This document shows positions 10,649 to 19,469 of a stretch of DNA of 64,000 nt, in pieces (position 1 is the stretch's first letter; every line of letters begins with the position of its first letter). The stretch is taken from contig DATDGM010000140.1 in assembly GCA_036522075.1 (NCBI GenBank), positions 4,004-68,003 of the forward strand, written 5' to 3'. The stretch is from Candidatus Sulfotelmatobacter sp. GTDB lineage: Bacteria; Acidobacteriota; Terriglobia; Terriglobales; Acidobacteriaceae. The position numbers and the translations under genes were made by a program. Below the pieces are notes generated by a model. It was not told the DNA's origin, made no database searches, and was given only the letters and a program-made list of their open reading frames with translations.

Positions 10649-11144
10649 CGTCCACCTACCTTTCGGAGTCAACTGATCTTGAAATCGGAACTTTGAAATC
10701 AGAAACCTGAAGAAATGAAAGACCGTGGCCTGAGACTTCGGAGTCCTCGAAGCTGCTTCCATCGCTCCCGAACGCGTCACCTCCGGAGAGAGACACAGAC
10801 ACCCGCCTCAACAGCGGAAGCATTTTAGCCGTGTATTGACTAAGTCCAGACCGTAACTGTTACTTGTTCAGACCGTCAGTAACGCAATTTTCCAGCCAGC
10901 CTTCTGAGACGGCGACAGTATGCGCGTATCGTCTATTGTTGTCAACTGTTTAGAGGCGGTTTGTATTGGTGCCGGGTGGAGTTCCAGAGCTAGCGAAACG
11001 CAGGATAACATTCCAAATTACGTATTTAAACTCTGGGAAATCGAATGGAGAGATGCGATGTTATCGATCTGCATCATTGATGTTCTGTTATTGCCAGATC
11101 TCGGAACGATGCCTTCCCGTTCGCCTGCATTTACTCGACTAGCT

Positions 11145-11414
11145 TCATGCCCTCTGCCGTGAAGTGACTGAACCTGCCATTGCGTTCAACATCGTTTTGA
11201 CAAGTTCGATAAGAGGCACGCTGGCGACAGACTCATCTGCCTTCGCGGTTCCGACGATCGATTGCCACGCCGAGCGATGAATGAGAATCGAGCTTAACAG
11301 CAGCTGATCATTCCACTCGATGTCCTGCCATTTCGACGCACTGATTTCTCCGGGCCGCAGACCCCTGAAAGCGGCAGGAGGATTGTCGACCGGAGCGTGG
11401 CTAATCTGGCGCAT
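11145..11414 (-). pseudogene. Tyrosine recombinase (phage-type integrase) internal fragment
   Basis: The 89-aa ORF contains GLRPGEISASKWQDIEW (box-I Arg motif) and ...SVASVPLIELVKTML. It has no N-terminal domain and no HxxR/Tyr motifs. Integrase-like residues seem to continue in another frame toward ~11020. Confidence 0.5.
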
Positions 11415-11693
11415 TTATCCGGTCCACGACGCCGGCGGCGAAAGTCTGGACGGGTTTGCAAGTTGTGCTACTGGTGGCCGTTGCCTGGGAGCACAGACGT
11501 TCGCAACCTTTGCAAGCGTTTAGGCTGGTCGCCAACTATCTCGGTGGTGTAATATCGCACATGAAATGCCCTGTGTTGCTAAAAGACGTGCCCGCGTTGA
11601 TACCGTCCCAAGTTGGCGTCCAGACAAGCCATCCTAGGTATTATGCAGCGTCTGCGCAACACATGCGTCTGCAAGTGATTGATTAATAAGGTC

Positions 11694-11787
<94 letters not shown>

Positions 11788-11947
11788 GCTCACTCATCGT
11801 TCGACACTTAGCTCGTGCTACTGAAACGAACCGATTCCGGAGCGCGATCTGGAGCACAAGTGGAGCAGAATAAGGCTTTCGAAAACTGCTTCATCGCTGC
11901 GATCGCATCGGGCGATGCGGTCTTGATGTAGTGGGTCTGTGTGGTCG

Positions 11948-12205
11948 CTAGCTGTGCCGCAAAATTCGCTGGATCACCGAATCATCAACACCCAAGCGGG
12001 TGAGATTCGAAGCGAGGCCCGGGCGGAAGCCATGCCATGCATGCCACGAGATCCCAGAGCGCTTGAGCACATCTTTCATTTCCGCTGGTAGCATCAAAAC
12101 CTCCGAGACGCCGACTTGTCGGAGTAATCTCCCACAAGCCGGTTTCTGGACAACATCGGTTTGCCGATTCTCCTCCTCATGGACGCGGATGATCGGTTCT
12201 GGCAG
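11948..12205 (-). pseudogene. Tyrosine recombinase C-terminal fragment, truncated before the catalytic Tyr
   Basis: My minus-strand translation reads ...MLPAEMKDVLKRSGISWHAWHGFRPGLASNLTRLGVDDSVIQRILRHS followed by a stop. This is the HxxR / LRHS box II region, ending where the Tyr-containing segment should follow. The frame is closed upstream at 12206-12208. It lies immediately 3' of tRNA-Ser. Confidence 0.6.
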
Positions 12206-12331
12206 CTATGGGTACTTCGTCAATCGTCGTATTAAGACGCCGCAACTCGCCACTTCCATGAATGGGTTTTATCCAGTGATCACAATGGTTTGAATCCTCC
12301 GCGTGCAAGCGAAGGTCGCACAGCGCCTTAC

Positions 12332-12708
12332 GGTAGTGGGCTACTTTGAAAACATGTGCCAAATGGCCGCAAGAAATATAAGAGCGAGCACAAGTCTAGC
12401 TGGGGTTTGTAGTTCCTCTGGCAGCGGGCCCCCTCCGGTCCTGCCAAAATTGATTGGCTTCGGAGAGAGGATTGCCCATAAGGCGCATCCCAGGAAGACG
12501 ACCGTGAAAACCTTGTTGATTTCACTCATGCCGCTCTTTTCGCCCTCTCGCTCTTCGTAAGCTTCCCAGAGGCCAGCGGCCATAGCCGGGGACCAAGACC
12601 AAGTGTTCCGAAACCTGCACAGCAAGCGGCTTCAACTCGATGGGTCAAGGATGACATCTTTGCTTGACCGGTTCAAGCTGCCAACAAATTCAAAGTAGCC
12701 CACTACCC
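12332..12708. mobile_element. MITE-like element with 19-bp perfect terminal inverted repeats
   Basis: GGTAGTGGGCTACTTTGAA (12332-12350) is the exact reverse complement of TTCAAAGTAGCCCACTACC (12690-12708). The 8-mer CGCCTTAC occurs directly outside both ends (12324-12331 and 12710-12717), as expected for a target-site duplication. Confidence 0.45.
12341..12529 (-). CDS. Hypothetical small two-helix membrane protein carried inside the MITE-like element
   Basis: An internal Met of the 94-aa ORF gives MSEINKVFTVVFLGCALWAILSPKP...ARLVLALIFLAAIWHMFSK, with two hydrophobic helices. I recognise no homology. Start choice is uncertain. Confidence 0.3.
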   Translation of the reverse strand: MSEINKVFTVVFLGCALWAILSPKPINFGRTGGGPLPEELQTPARLVLALIFLAAIWHMFSK

Positions 12709-12772
12709 CGCCTTACAGCCCTCCCGCAACTAAGTCAATGTTCCGGTATACTTTCAAGCCGTTAATTCGATT

Positions 12773-12808
12773 CACAGGTGGAACTCCGCTCACAGGTGGA
12801 ACTCCGCT
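12773..12808 (+). repeat. Perfect 18-bp tandem direct repeat (2 copies plus a partial third) just upstream of the kinase RBS
   Basis: CACAGGTGGAACTCCGCT occurs at 12773-12790 and again at 12791-12808, followed by CACAAAAGGAGC (RBS) and the ATG at 12830. Confidence 0.8.
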
Positions 12809-12829
12809 CACAAAAGGAGCCCGGCCCAT

Positions 12830-15412
12830 ATGCCCTTTCAAGACGATCTTCGGAAAGACGCAATCAGCGCGAGCGATGTCGGGCTTGCGATTAATGCAGG
12901 CGCGGACGCGGCCGAGGCGGCAGATGTCATCATCGGGCCATATCACCTGGGGCGCAGGCTGGGCGAAGGCGGCATGGGCGAGGTGTGGCTGGCCGAGCAG
13001 AAAGAGCCGGTGCGTCGCCGCGTCGCGCTCAAACAGATTAAAAGAGGATTCGCTACGCGCGAGGCCATCGTGCGCTTCGACTCAGAGCGGAAGGCGCTGG
13101 CGCTGATGGATCACCCCGCGATTGCCAAGGTTTTCGACGCGGGTACGACGCCGGAGGGCGCACCGTATTTCGTGATGGAGTACGTTGCCGGCATTCCCAT
13201 CACCGACTACTGCGATACGCACCGGCTCAGCACGCGCGGGCGGCTCGATCTTTTCCGGCAGGTTTGCGAGGGGGTGCAGCACGCACACCAGAAGGCGATC
13301 ATTCACCGCGACCTGAAACCGACCAACATTCTGGTCGCGGAAGTCGATGGCAAGCCGGCGCCGAAAATCATCGACTTTGGTGTGGCCAAGGCGCTCACCA
13401 CGCAACTGAGCGAAGAAACCATGTTCACGCGTGCCGGGGCTCTGGTGGGAACTCCGGAATACATGAGCCCTGAGCAGGCCAGCTCCGAAGGCGAGGACAT
13501 CGACACGCGCACGGACGTGTACTCGCTTGGCATCATCTTTTATGAGCTCCTGGCGGGAGCACCGCCGATTGAGCTGAGAAAAATTGAGCTCGCTGAGTTT
13601 CTGCGGCGGTTGCGCGAGGATGAACCCCCGAAGCCAAGCACGAAAATCGGCAACCACGCTCCCGCCACCTCGACCAACGTCGCGCGCAACCGCCAGACCG
13701 AACCGATAGCACTGGCCAAGCAGATGCGCGGCGAGTTGGACTCGATCGCGCTGAAGGCCTTGGAAAAAGACCGCTCGAGGCGCTATTCCTCGCCGTCCGA
13801 TTTTGCCGCTGATATCAGGCGTTACCTGAATAACGAAGCAGTGCTGGCAATTCCACCGTCGTTGGCATACCGTGCCCGCAAGTTCGCACGCCGCTACCGT
13901 GGGGCTTTGATCACGGCGTGCGCTTTCGCTCTGGTGCTGATCACCGCCGCCGCCATCAGCATCCGGCAGAGCATTCGTGCGAATAGAGAGGCTGCGATTG
14001 CCCAGAGGCAGGCGGCAATTGCCCAGGCGGTGAATGATTTTTTGCAAAACGATCTGTTGGCACAGGCTAGTGCGGCCACACAGTCTGGGCCGAACGCCAA
14101 GCCCGATCCGCACCTCGAAGTGCGCACAGCCTTGGACCGCGCAGCAGCGCGCATCCAGGGCAAGTTCGCGAACCAACCGCAGGTGCAAGCTGCTATTCGG
14201 AGCACCATCGGGCAAACCTACTACGAGCTCGGGCTATACCCAGAAGCAACCAAGCAGCTGGAACAGGCGCTGGACTTGCGGCGCCGCCTGTTAGGTCCCG
14301 AGCACCCGGACACGCTGAGGTCCATGAACAGGTTGGCGAACGTCTATGACGATCAGGGCAAGTACGCCCAGGCGGAGGCGCTCGACAGCCAAACTTTGGA
14401 AATCCAGCGTCGCCTCTTAGGTCCTGATCACCCGGACACGCTTAGGTCCATGAACAATCTGGCCATTGCTTACAGACATGAGGGAAAGTACGCGCAGGCC
14501 GAGGCGCTCCTTAGCCAGGCCTTGGCGATCAAGCGCCGCGTATTGGGTCCCGAGCATCCCAACACGCTCAAGTCCATGGGCAACCTGGTGAACGTCTACC
14601 ATGATGAGGGCAAGTACTCCGAAGCTGAAATCTTGATTAGCCAGACCCTTGAGATCCAGCGCCGGGTATCGGGCCCGGAGCATCCCGACACGCTGACGTC
14701 AATGGATAATCTGGCTAATATCTACGAGGATGAAGGCAAGTATGCCCAAGCCGAAGCGCTCCATAGCCAGACTTTGGAGATCAAGCGCCGCGTCTTAGGC
14801 CCCGAGCATCCCGCCACGTTGGAGTCCATGATGAATCTGGCTCTCGCCTACCAAGACGAGGGCAAGTATGCCCAGGCCGAGGCGCTTCATAGCCAGACCC
14901 TGCAGATCAAGCGCCGGGTCCTGGGGCCCGAGCATCCCAACACTCTTGAGACTATGTCGGCTTTAGCCGCCATGTACCAACGACAGGGCAAGTACGCGCT
15001 GGCCGAGACTTACGCTGCGCAGACTCTGGCGGGGCGCCGACACGCTTTGGGCTCGGAACATCCGGATACGATGGCGTCGGCCGCCGATCTTGCGCTGGCC
15101 GAAGTGTCAGAGCGGAAATTCGCCGAGAGCGAGCTCCTCGCACTTGAAGCCATGCATACCAATTCCCAGATACAACCGGATAATTGGCAACGATTCCGCG
15201 CCGAGAGCCTGTTGGGCGCCAGCCTCGCGGGAGAGAAAAAGTACGCCAAAGCCGAGCCACTGCTGCTCGAAGGCTATCAAGGATTGCTGGCCCGGAAAGA
15301 CCGAATTGATATGCCCGATCGCTATCACTTGGAACTGGCCCACCAGTGGCTGATCCAGCTGTATAAGGATTTGGGAAAGCCCGACAAAGAAGTGGAACGG
15401 GAGAAAAAGTGA
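12830..15412 (+). CDS. Serine/threonine protein kinase with transmembrane segment and C-terminal TPR array
   Basis: 860-aa ORF. Hanks kinase motifs are present: GEGGMGEVW, VALK, HRDLKPTNIL, DFG, TPEYMSPE. A TM helix follows (ALITACAFALVLITAAAI). Then come seven 42-aa repeats of the form LGPEHPDTL.SMNNLA.VY.D.GKYAQAEAL..QTLEI.RR. Confidence 0.95.
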   Translation: MPFQDDLRKDAISASDVGLAINAGADAAEAADVIIGPYHLGRRLGEGGMGEVWLAEQKEPVRRRVALKQIKRGFATREAIVRFDSERKALALMDHPAIAKVFDAGTTPEGAPYFVMEYVAGIPITDYCDTHRLSTRGRLDLFRQVCEGVQHAHQKAIIHRDLKPTNILVAEVDGKPAPKIIDFGVAKALTTQLSEETMFTRAGALVGTPEYMSPEQASSEGEDIDTRTDVYSLGIIFYELLAGAPPIELRKIELAEFLRRLREDEPPKPSTKIGNHAPATSTNVARNRQTEPIALAKQMRGELDSIALKALEKDRSRRYSSPSDFAADIRRYLNNEAVLAIPPSLAYRARKFARRYRGALITACAFALVLITAAAISIRQSIRANREAAIAQRQAAIAQAVNDFLQNDLLAQASAATQSGPNAKPDPHLEVRTALDRAAARIQGKFANQPQVQAAIRSTIGQTYYELGLYPEATKQLEQALDLRRRLLGPEHPDTLRSMNRLANVYDDQGKYAQAEALDSQTLEIQRRLLGPDHPDTLRSMNNLAIAYRHEGKYAQAEALLSQALAIKRRVLGPEHPNTLKSMGNLVNVYHDEGKYSEAEILISQTLEIQRRVSGPEHPDTLTSMDNLANIYEDEGKYAQAEALHSQTLEIKRRVLGPEHPATLESMMNLALAYQDEGKYAQAEALHSQTLQIKRRVLGPEHPNTLETMSALAAMYQRQGKYALAETYAAQTLAGRRHALGSEHPDTMASAADLALAEVSERKFAESELLALEAMHTNSQIQPDNWQRFRAESLLGASLAGEKKYAKAEPLLLEGYQGLLARKDRIDMPDRYHLELAHQWLIQLYKDLGKPDKEVEREKK

Positions 15413-15454
15413 ACACGAAAGTGAGAGATGTGGGAGACCTGTTCCTGCCGCCAG

Positions 15455-18400
15455 CTACTGCAGCTTCGCATACTCAACTTTGGCTGCTTTGAGGATGGGG
15501 ATGTCAGGATCGGCATTTTTCCAGAGCGTCAGAAACTCTTTGTAAGCGGAGAGCGACCGAGCACGGGCAGCGTCGGCATCCGCTCCTTGCGAGGTTCTTG
15601 CCTGTACGGCATTGGCACGAGCCACTCCCAGGTGCGCCAGCGCCCCCGTCCAACAGTTCCAGACGATGCCGCTATGGTCAAGAATCTTCTGAAACTCGGC
15701 GGCGGCGGCGCTGCCCTGCCCAGCTGCCAAAAATGCCTCGCCGCGAATATAAGTGGGATAAAGGCAGGAAAGATTGTTTAGAAATGAGATTTGACCCAAC
15801 TCCAGGGCGCCAAAATTTGGCAAATCTCCGAGGGCTGTGGCAGGATTCTTCCGGTCCAGCGCCAATTGCGCTTGAATCGCTGACAACCAAAGTGACTGCA
15901 CCTGGGTATCCAGTGGAAAGTGTTGCTTGACTTCTGTCGCCAGCGATACGGGTCGTGTGGTGTCGTCAGCCATCGCCAATGCGAGCGCTGCTTCCACCTG
16001 GACGCCCTGGCTCGCAGGGGCGAGTCTTAGTCCTTCCGTTGCTGATCTCTTGGCCTCAATAGCATTGCCGAAGGCAGCCTCGCGTAGCGCTGCATTCTCC
16101 TCCCAAACGGCCCCGGACTCCCGGCTGTCCGTGCGGATGGCGGAGTCTACAGCCTGCCGGGTGAGTTCTCGCGCTTTCCTGAGATGCCCGGAGTAGGCCT
16201 CAGTATCGGAGGCAAGAGAAAGTCCATTGTGTTCGACCTCAGGGTGGCTGGCAAACCATTGCTGCTGTTCCGCCATGCCCGGAGAATCCACTGCGAGAAA
16301 GGCCAAAGCGTAAACCTGCAAGTGAAGAATGTAATCATCCACCTTTCGTGCCTGCGCATCCAGGATTACCTGTCTCGTTTCCTGGAAGCGTTGCAAGGCC
16401 ATCAGATTGTTCGCAAGGTTCTCGTAGTTCATGACACCATTGTCGAAGAGGCGGGCGCCTTCGCGATACTCATCGATGGCTTTTTCATAGAGTCCCTGCG
16501 AGGTGTACACGCTGCCCAGTCCATTATGAGGTCCGCTCGCTCGTGGATAGTTCGCAATCACGTTATGAAGGGCCAGCGCGGCCTGATCCAGTTCTCCGGT
16601 AACATAGGTGTAGTAATCGGCTGTAAAACCCAGGCTCTCGCGGCGGCTGGCATGGTCCCGGAGCTGGAATGCCTTCGTGAAACACTCGTTGCCCCGCGTT
16701 AGTTCTCCAAGACTGGTGTAGTCCGAGCCCAAGGCCGAATATGCCGCGGCAAAATTTGGATCGAGCTGGATGGCACGTTGATGGTAAGGAAGGGCCGCGG
16801 CCGAACCCTTCTGACGCAAAGTGGCCTGCCCAGTACTGTACGCCTCCAGAGCTTGGAGCGAGGAAGTGGTGGCATCTTCCAGCGGCAAATCAAACTTTTG
16901 TAGGGTGGCCAGCGACTCTCCCAGTTCGCCGCGCAACTGCCTCGCGGCGCTATCGAGTGCGCCCAGCACGTTCTCTTTCGACGTGGCGGTGACCTGTTCC
17001 TGCGCCAGGACATCTCCGCTCCTGCAATTCACCGCTTTCAAACCAACCACATACTGGTTGCCCAAGGTGTTGATGGATCCGGCAATGTAAACTCGGCTCG
17101 CCGCCCGCTGACACAGCTCGCGTGCCACTTGGGGCACCACGGAAGTGTTGGCGGGAAGCGCCATTCTCTGCAAGATCGCCGCGACTTTGGCATCAGAAAG
17201 TACATTCAAGAACGGCGACTGGTTCAGAGCAATGCTCAGCGCCTGCTTTAGGGTCGTGTCGAAAACCGCATCTCCGGTACTGTTGGCAAAATCGGCGAGA
17301 ACGATGGTGTCTTTATCGGTCAGGCGCCTGCCCTGCCGGCGCTGCCGATAGTAGAGCCCTCCCGCTAGGACCAAGGCGAGCAGGATGGGAATCGCGATTT
17401 TCCAGACAAGGGAGACTCGAACCGCAGAAGCATCTGCAACAGCCACCCCTCCCGAATCTGCTGCCGCGGTAAGTCCGCTCGAGGAGTCATGCTTCAGCTC
17501 CAGCAAATCCATTCGCATGTCGGCTGCACTCTGGTAGCGGAGCTCGCGATCTTTCTCGATCGACTTGGAGATGACTGACTGCAGAGATGAATGCTCGGGG
17601 CTGACTTGCTGTACAGGCAGTGGCGCCTTGTGCAGAATGGCGTGATGAACCACCGGCACCGTGTTGCCCGGAAAGGCGCGCTGCCCTGTTGCCATCTCAT
17701 AGAGCACCAGACCAAACGAGAACAAATCCGTGCGTGCGTCCAGCTTCTCGCCGCGCACCTGTTCGGGCGACATGTAGTGCGCCGTTCCCACGGTCGTGCC
17801 GGTTTGTGTCAGTCGCAGATTGGCGAATGCCGCTGTGGATGCTGGGGCCGCACCTTCTCTCCCATCGGACTGCCCCGCGGACGGAAGGTTGGCAATCTCT
17901 GATTCGACCTTCGCCAAGCCGAAGTCGAGGATCTTTGCTTCACGGCGGTTCGTAATAAATATGTTGGCCGGCTTGATGTCACGATGGATGATGCCTTTCT
18001 CGTGCGCAGCCTCCAAACCGGCGACAACTTGCAGTGCGAGATCAAGTACCTCGTTCGCCGGCAGCGGTCTCTCTTGCTGGCTCGCGGTTTCAATCCGATC
18101 CTGCAGGGTTTGCCCATCGAGCAACTGCATCACGATGAAAGGCTGGCCTTCGTGTTCTCCGAGTTCGTAGATCGGACAAATGTTGGGATGCTCCAGCGCG
18201 GAAGCCGCTCGGGCCTCGCGTTCCAGCCGCTCGAAAGCCCTAGGATCAGTAGCCAGCTCGGCAGGTAAGAACTTGATCGCGACCCGACGGCCCAGTTTCA
18301 GATCTTCCGCCTTGTAGACCACCCCCATGCCCCCGCCACCCAGCACCTGCAGAATCCGGTAATGGGTAATCTTCTTGCCCAGCAGGGTGTGAACAGTCGA

Positions 18401-18763
18401 GGTATCCCCCTCGGTGGCAGCCCCTGTGGTGGCGGGCATTACCTCAACCACGGCTGCAATAAACCGGTATCCCTTCCCGGTGACGGTTTGTACAAAGCGG
18501 GGCTGCTCGGCATTGTCCCGCAGCACTTGGCGAATCTTACTGACGGCGCCGTTAATGCTGTTATCGGTATCGAGAAAGACGCCCTTCCCCCAGATCCGCT
18601 CAACGATCTGTTCCCGTGTCACCAGTTCCCCTCTGCGCTCCACCAGGAGGAGCAGGAGTTCCATGGGGATTGGGTTTAGCTTCAGGGGGATTCCCGCCGA
18701 GCGGAGCTCGTAGGCGCGCAAGTCGAGTTCGAAGTCGTCCCCGAATTGGAGGCGGTCGGGCAT
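15455..18763 (-). CDS. Winged-helix (OmpR/CadC-type) DNA-binding domain fused to Ser/Thr kinase, TM segment and TPR sensor region
   Basis: 1102-aa ORF. The N-terminus has FELDLRAYELRSAGIPLKLNPIPMELLLLLVERRGELVTRE...GKGYRFIA (trans_reg_C-like). Kinase motifs follow: GGGGMGVVY, AIK, HRDIKPANIF, DFG. Then a TM helix (IAIPILLALVLAGGLYY) and a long TPR-like C-terminus. Confidence 0.95.
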   Translation of the reverse strand: MPDRLQFGDDFELDLRAYELRSAGIPLKLNPIPMELLLLLVERRGELVTREQIVERIWGKGVFLDTDNSINGAVSKIRQVLRDNAEQPRFVQTVTGKGYRFIAAVVEVMPATTGAATEGDTSTVHTLLGKKITHYRILQVLGGGGMGVVYKAEDLKLGRRVAIKFLPAELATDPRAFERLEREARAASALEHPNICPIYELGEHEGQPFIVMQLLDGQTLQDRIETASQQERPLPANEVLDLALQVVAGLEAAHEKGIIHRDIKPANIFITNRREAKILDFGLAKVESEIANLPSAGQSDGREGAAPASTAAFANLRLTQTGTTVGTAHYMSPEQVRGEKLDARTDLFSFGLVLYEMATGQRAFPGNTVPVVHHAILHKAPLPVQQVSPEHSSLQSVISKSIEKDRELRYQSAADMRMDLLELKHDSSSGLTAAADSGGVAVADASAVRVSLVWKIAIPILLALVLAGGLYYRQRRQGRRLTDKDTIVLADFANSTGDAVFDTTLKQALSIALNQSPFLNVLSDAKVAAILQRMALPANTSVVPQVARELCQRAASRVYIAGSINTLGNQYVVGLKAVNCRSGDVLAQEQVTATSKENVLGALDSAARQLRGELGESLATLQKFDLPLEDATTSSLQALEAYSTGQATLRQKGSAAALPYHQRAIQLDPNFAAAYSALGSDYTSLGELTRGNECFTKAFQLRDHASRRESLGFTADYYTYVTGELDQAALALHNVIANYPRASGPHNGLGSVYTSQGLYEKAIDEYREGARLFDNGVMNYENLANNLMALQRFQETRQVILDAQARKVDDYILHLQVYALAFLAVDSPGMAEQQQWFASHPEVEHNGLSLASDTEAYSGHLRKARELTRQAVDSAIRTDSRESGAVWEENAALREAAFGNAIEAKRSATEGLRLAPASQGVQVEAALALAMADDTTRPVSLATEVKQHFPLDTQVQSLWLSAIQAQLALDRKNPATALGDLPNFGALELGQISFLNNLSCLYPTYIRGEAFLAAGQGSAAAAEFQKILDHSGIVWNCWTGALAHLGVARANAVQARTSQGADADAARARSLSAYKEFLTLWKNADPDIPILKAAKVEYAKLQ

Positions 18764-18969
18764 TTTGATGGGGCTCGGAGACCAGGCAGCAGCCTCACGA
18801 GCAGGCAGAATTCTACCTCAAACTCTCATGAGCAGATAGCAATTCATTCCATATCAATGGCTTGCGCCCTAATACAGATTCAACACAACCTTAAGTTCCC
18901 GCCTATTGCCCGGCGGTTGAGGTTCCAGCAGTATGCCAGCGTACGAAGGCTACTTCCAAGGAGCACATA

Positions 18970-19449
18970 ATGCCTGACACGCCGCCGACTGGGTCTGTTC
19001 TTCGCAAGTTCCGTCAGCAGCTCAGTTTCGTCGACCACGGAATCCGAAAGCGATTCGTTGTCTGTATGGTCGGCCTCGTAACAATCGCCATGGGCTCCGC
19101 GATTGCGGACGTTTACCTTCGCAACCTTGATCCGAACATCGTTGCAGCGCTTCAACAGTTGAAGGCGCCGACTCTGCCCGTGTTTGAGCTGGTTTGTGCG
19201 CAGGGGCCGCTCGCCGGCGCTACCTATTACACGTCTGACCCAGGGAAAGCCCTGATTACCGGTCAATGCAGCGACATCGGCAAAGGCAAGGGTCTGATCC
19301 TGCGCGGGCTGGCAGCACGCGCTCCTTACTTCCATAACGGAGTCGCGGCCAACCTTCAGCAAGTCGTCAATTTTTATGATTAGCGCTTTCAGATCGGATT
19401 CACCGCGCAACAAATGCAGGATCTCATCAACTTCTTGCACACGCTTTAA
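18970..19449 (+). pseudogene. Remnant of a cytochrome-c-peroxidase-like (di-haem CCP/MauG family C-terminal) gene, interrupted by an in-frame TAG
   Basis: The ORF ends ...LRGLAARAPYFHNGVAANLQQVVNFYD, then TAG (19381-19383). The same frame continues RFQIGFTAQQMQDLINFLHTL to TAA at 19447-19449. This matches the conserved CCP C-terminal block APYFH.G....L..VV.FY...F...L......DL..FL..L. No CxxCH haem motif is present in the N-terminal part. Confidence 0.5.
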
Positions 19450-19469
19450 CTTTCGTAGTCGCGCATGAA

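Noticed and set aside
10920-11162. 80-aa plus-strand ORF in the less GC-rich region beside the integrase fragment.
   Set aside because: It has atypical composition and no motifs. It overlaps sequence that reads as decayed integrase on the opposite strand.
13082-14215. 377-aa minus-strand ORF. Similar long antisense ORFs occur at 31758..32822, 61782..62981, 43641..44396, 50944..51801, 52274..53185, 23301..23870 and 56363..56677.
   Set aside because: All lie antisense to, or out of frame within, genes with strong domain signatures. Their translations are Arg/Gly/Pro-rich and low-complexity, as expected from GC-rich shadow frames, and carry no recognisable motifs.
14281-15162. Seven tandem ~126-bp DNA repeats that could be mistaken for a repeat array or a mobile/CRISPR-like structure.
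   Set aside because: The period is exactly 42 codons, in frame with the kinase ORF. The repeats encode canonical TPR units (LGPEHPDTL...GKYAQAEAL...). There are no unique spacers, so protein repeat architecture explains them fully.
19381-19383. In-frame TAG as a possible pyrrolysine or programmed read-through codon.
   Set aside because: I see no pyl genes or recoding signals. The upstream part of the ORF lacks haem-binding motifs, so a decayed fragment is the simpler explanation.
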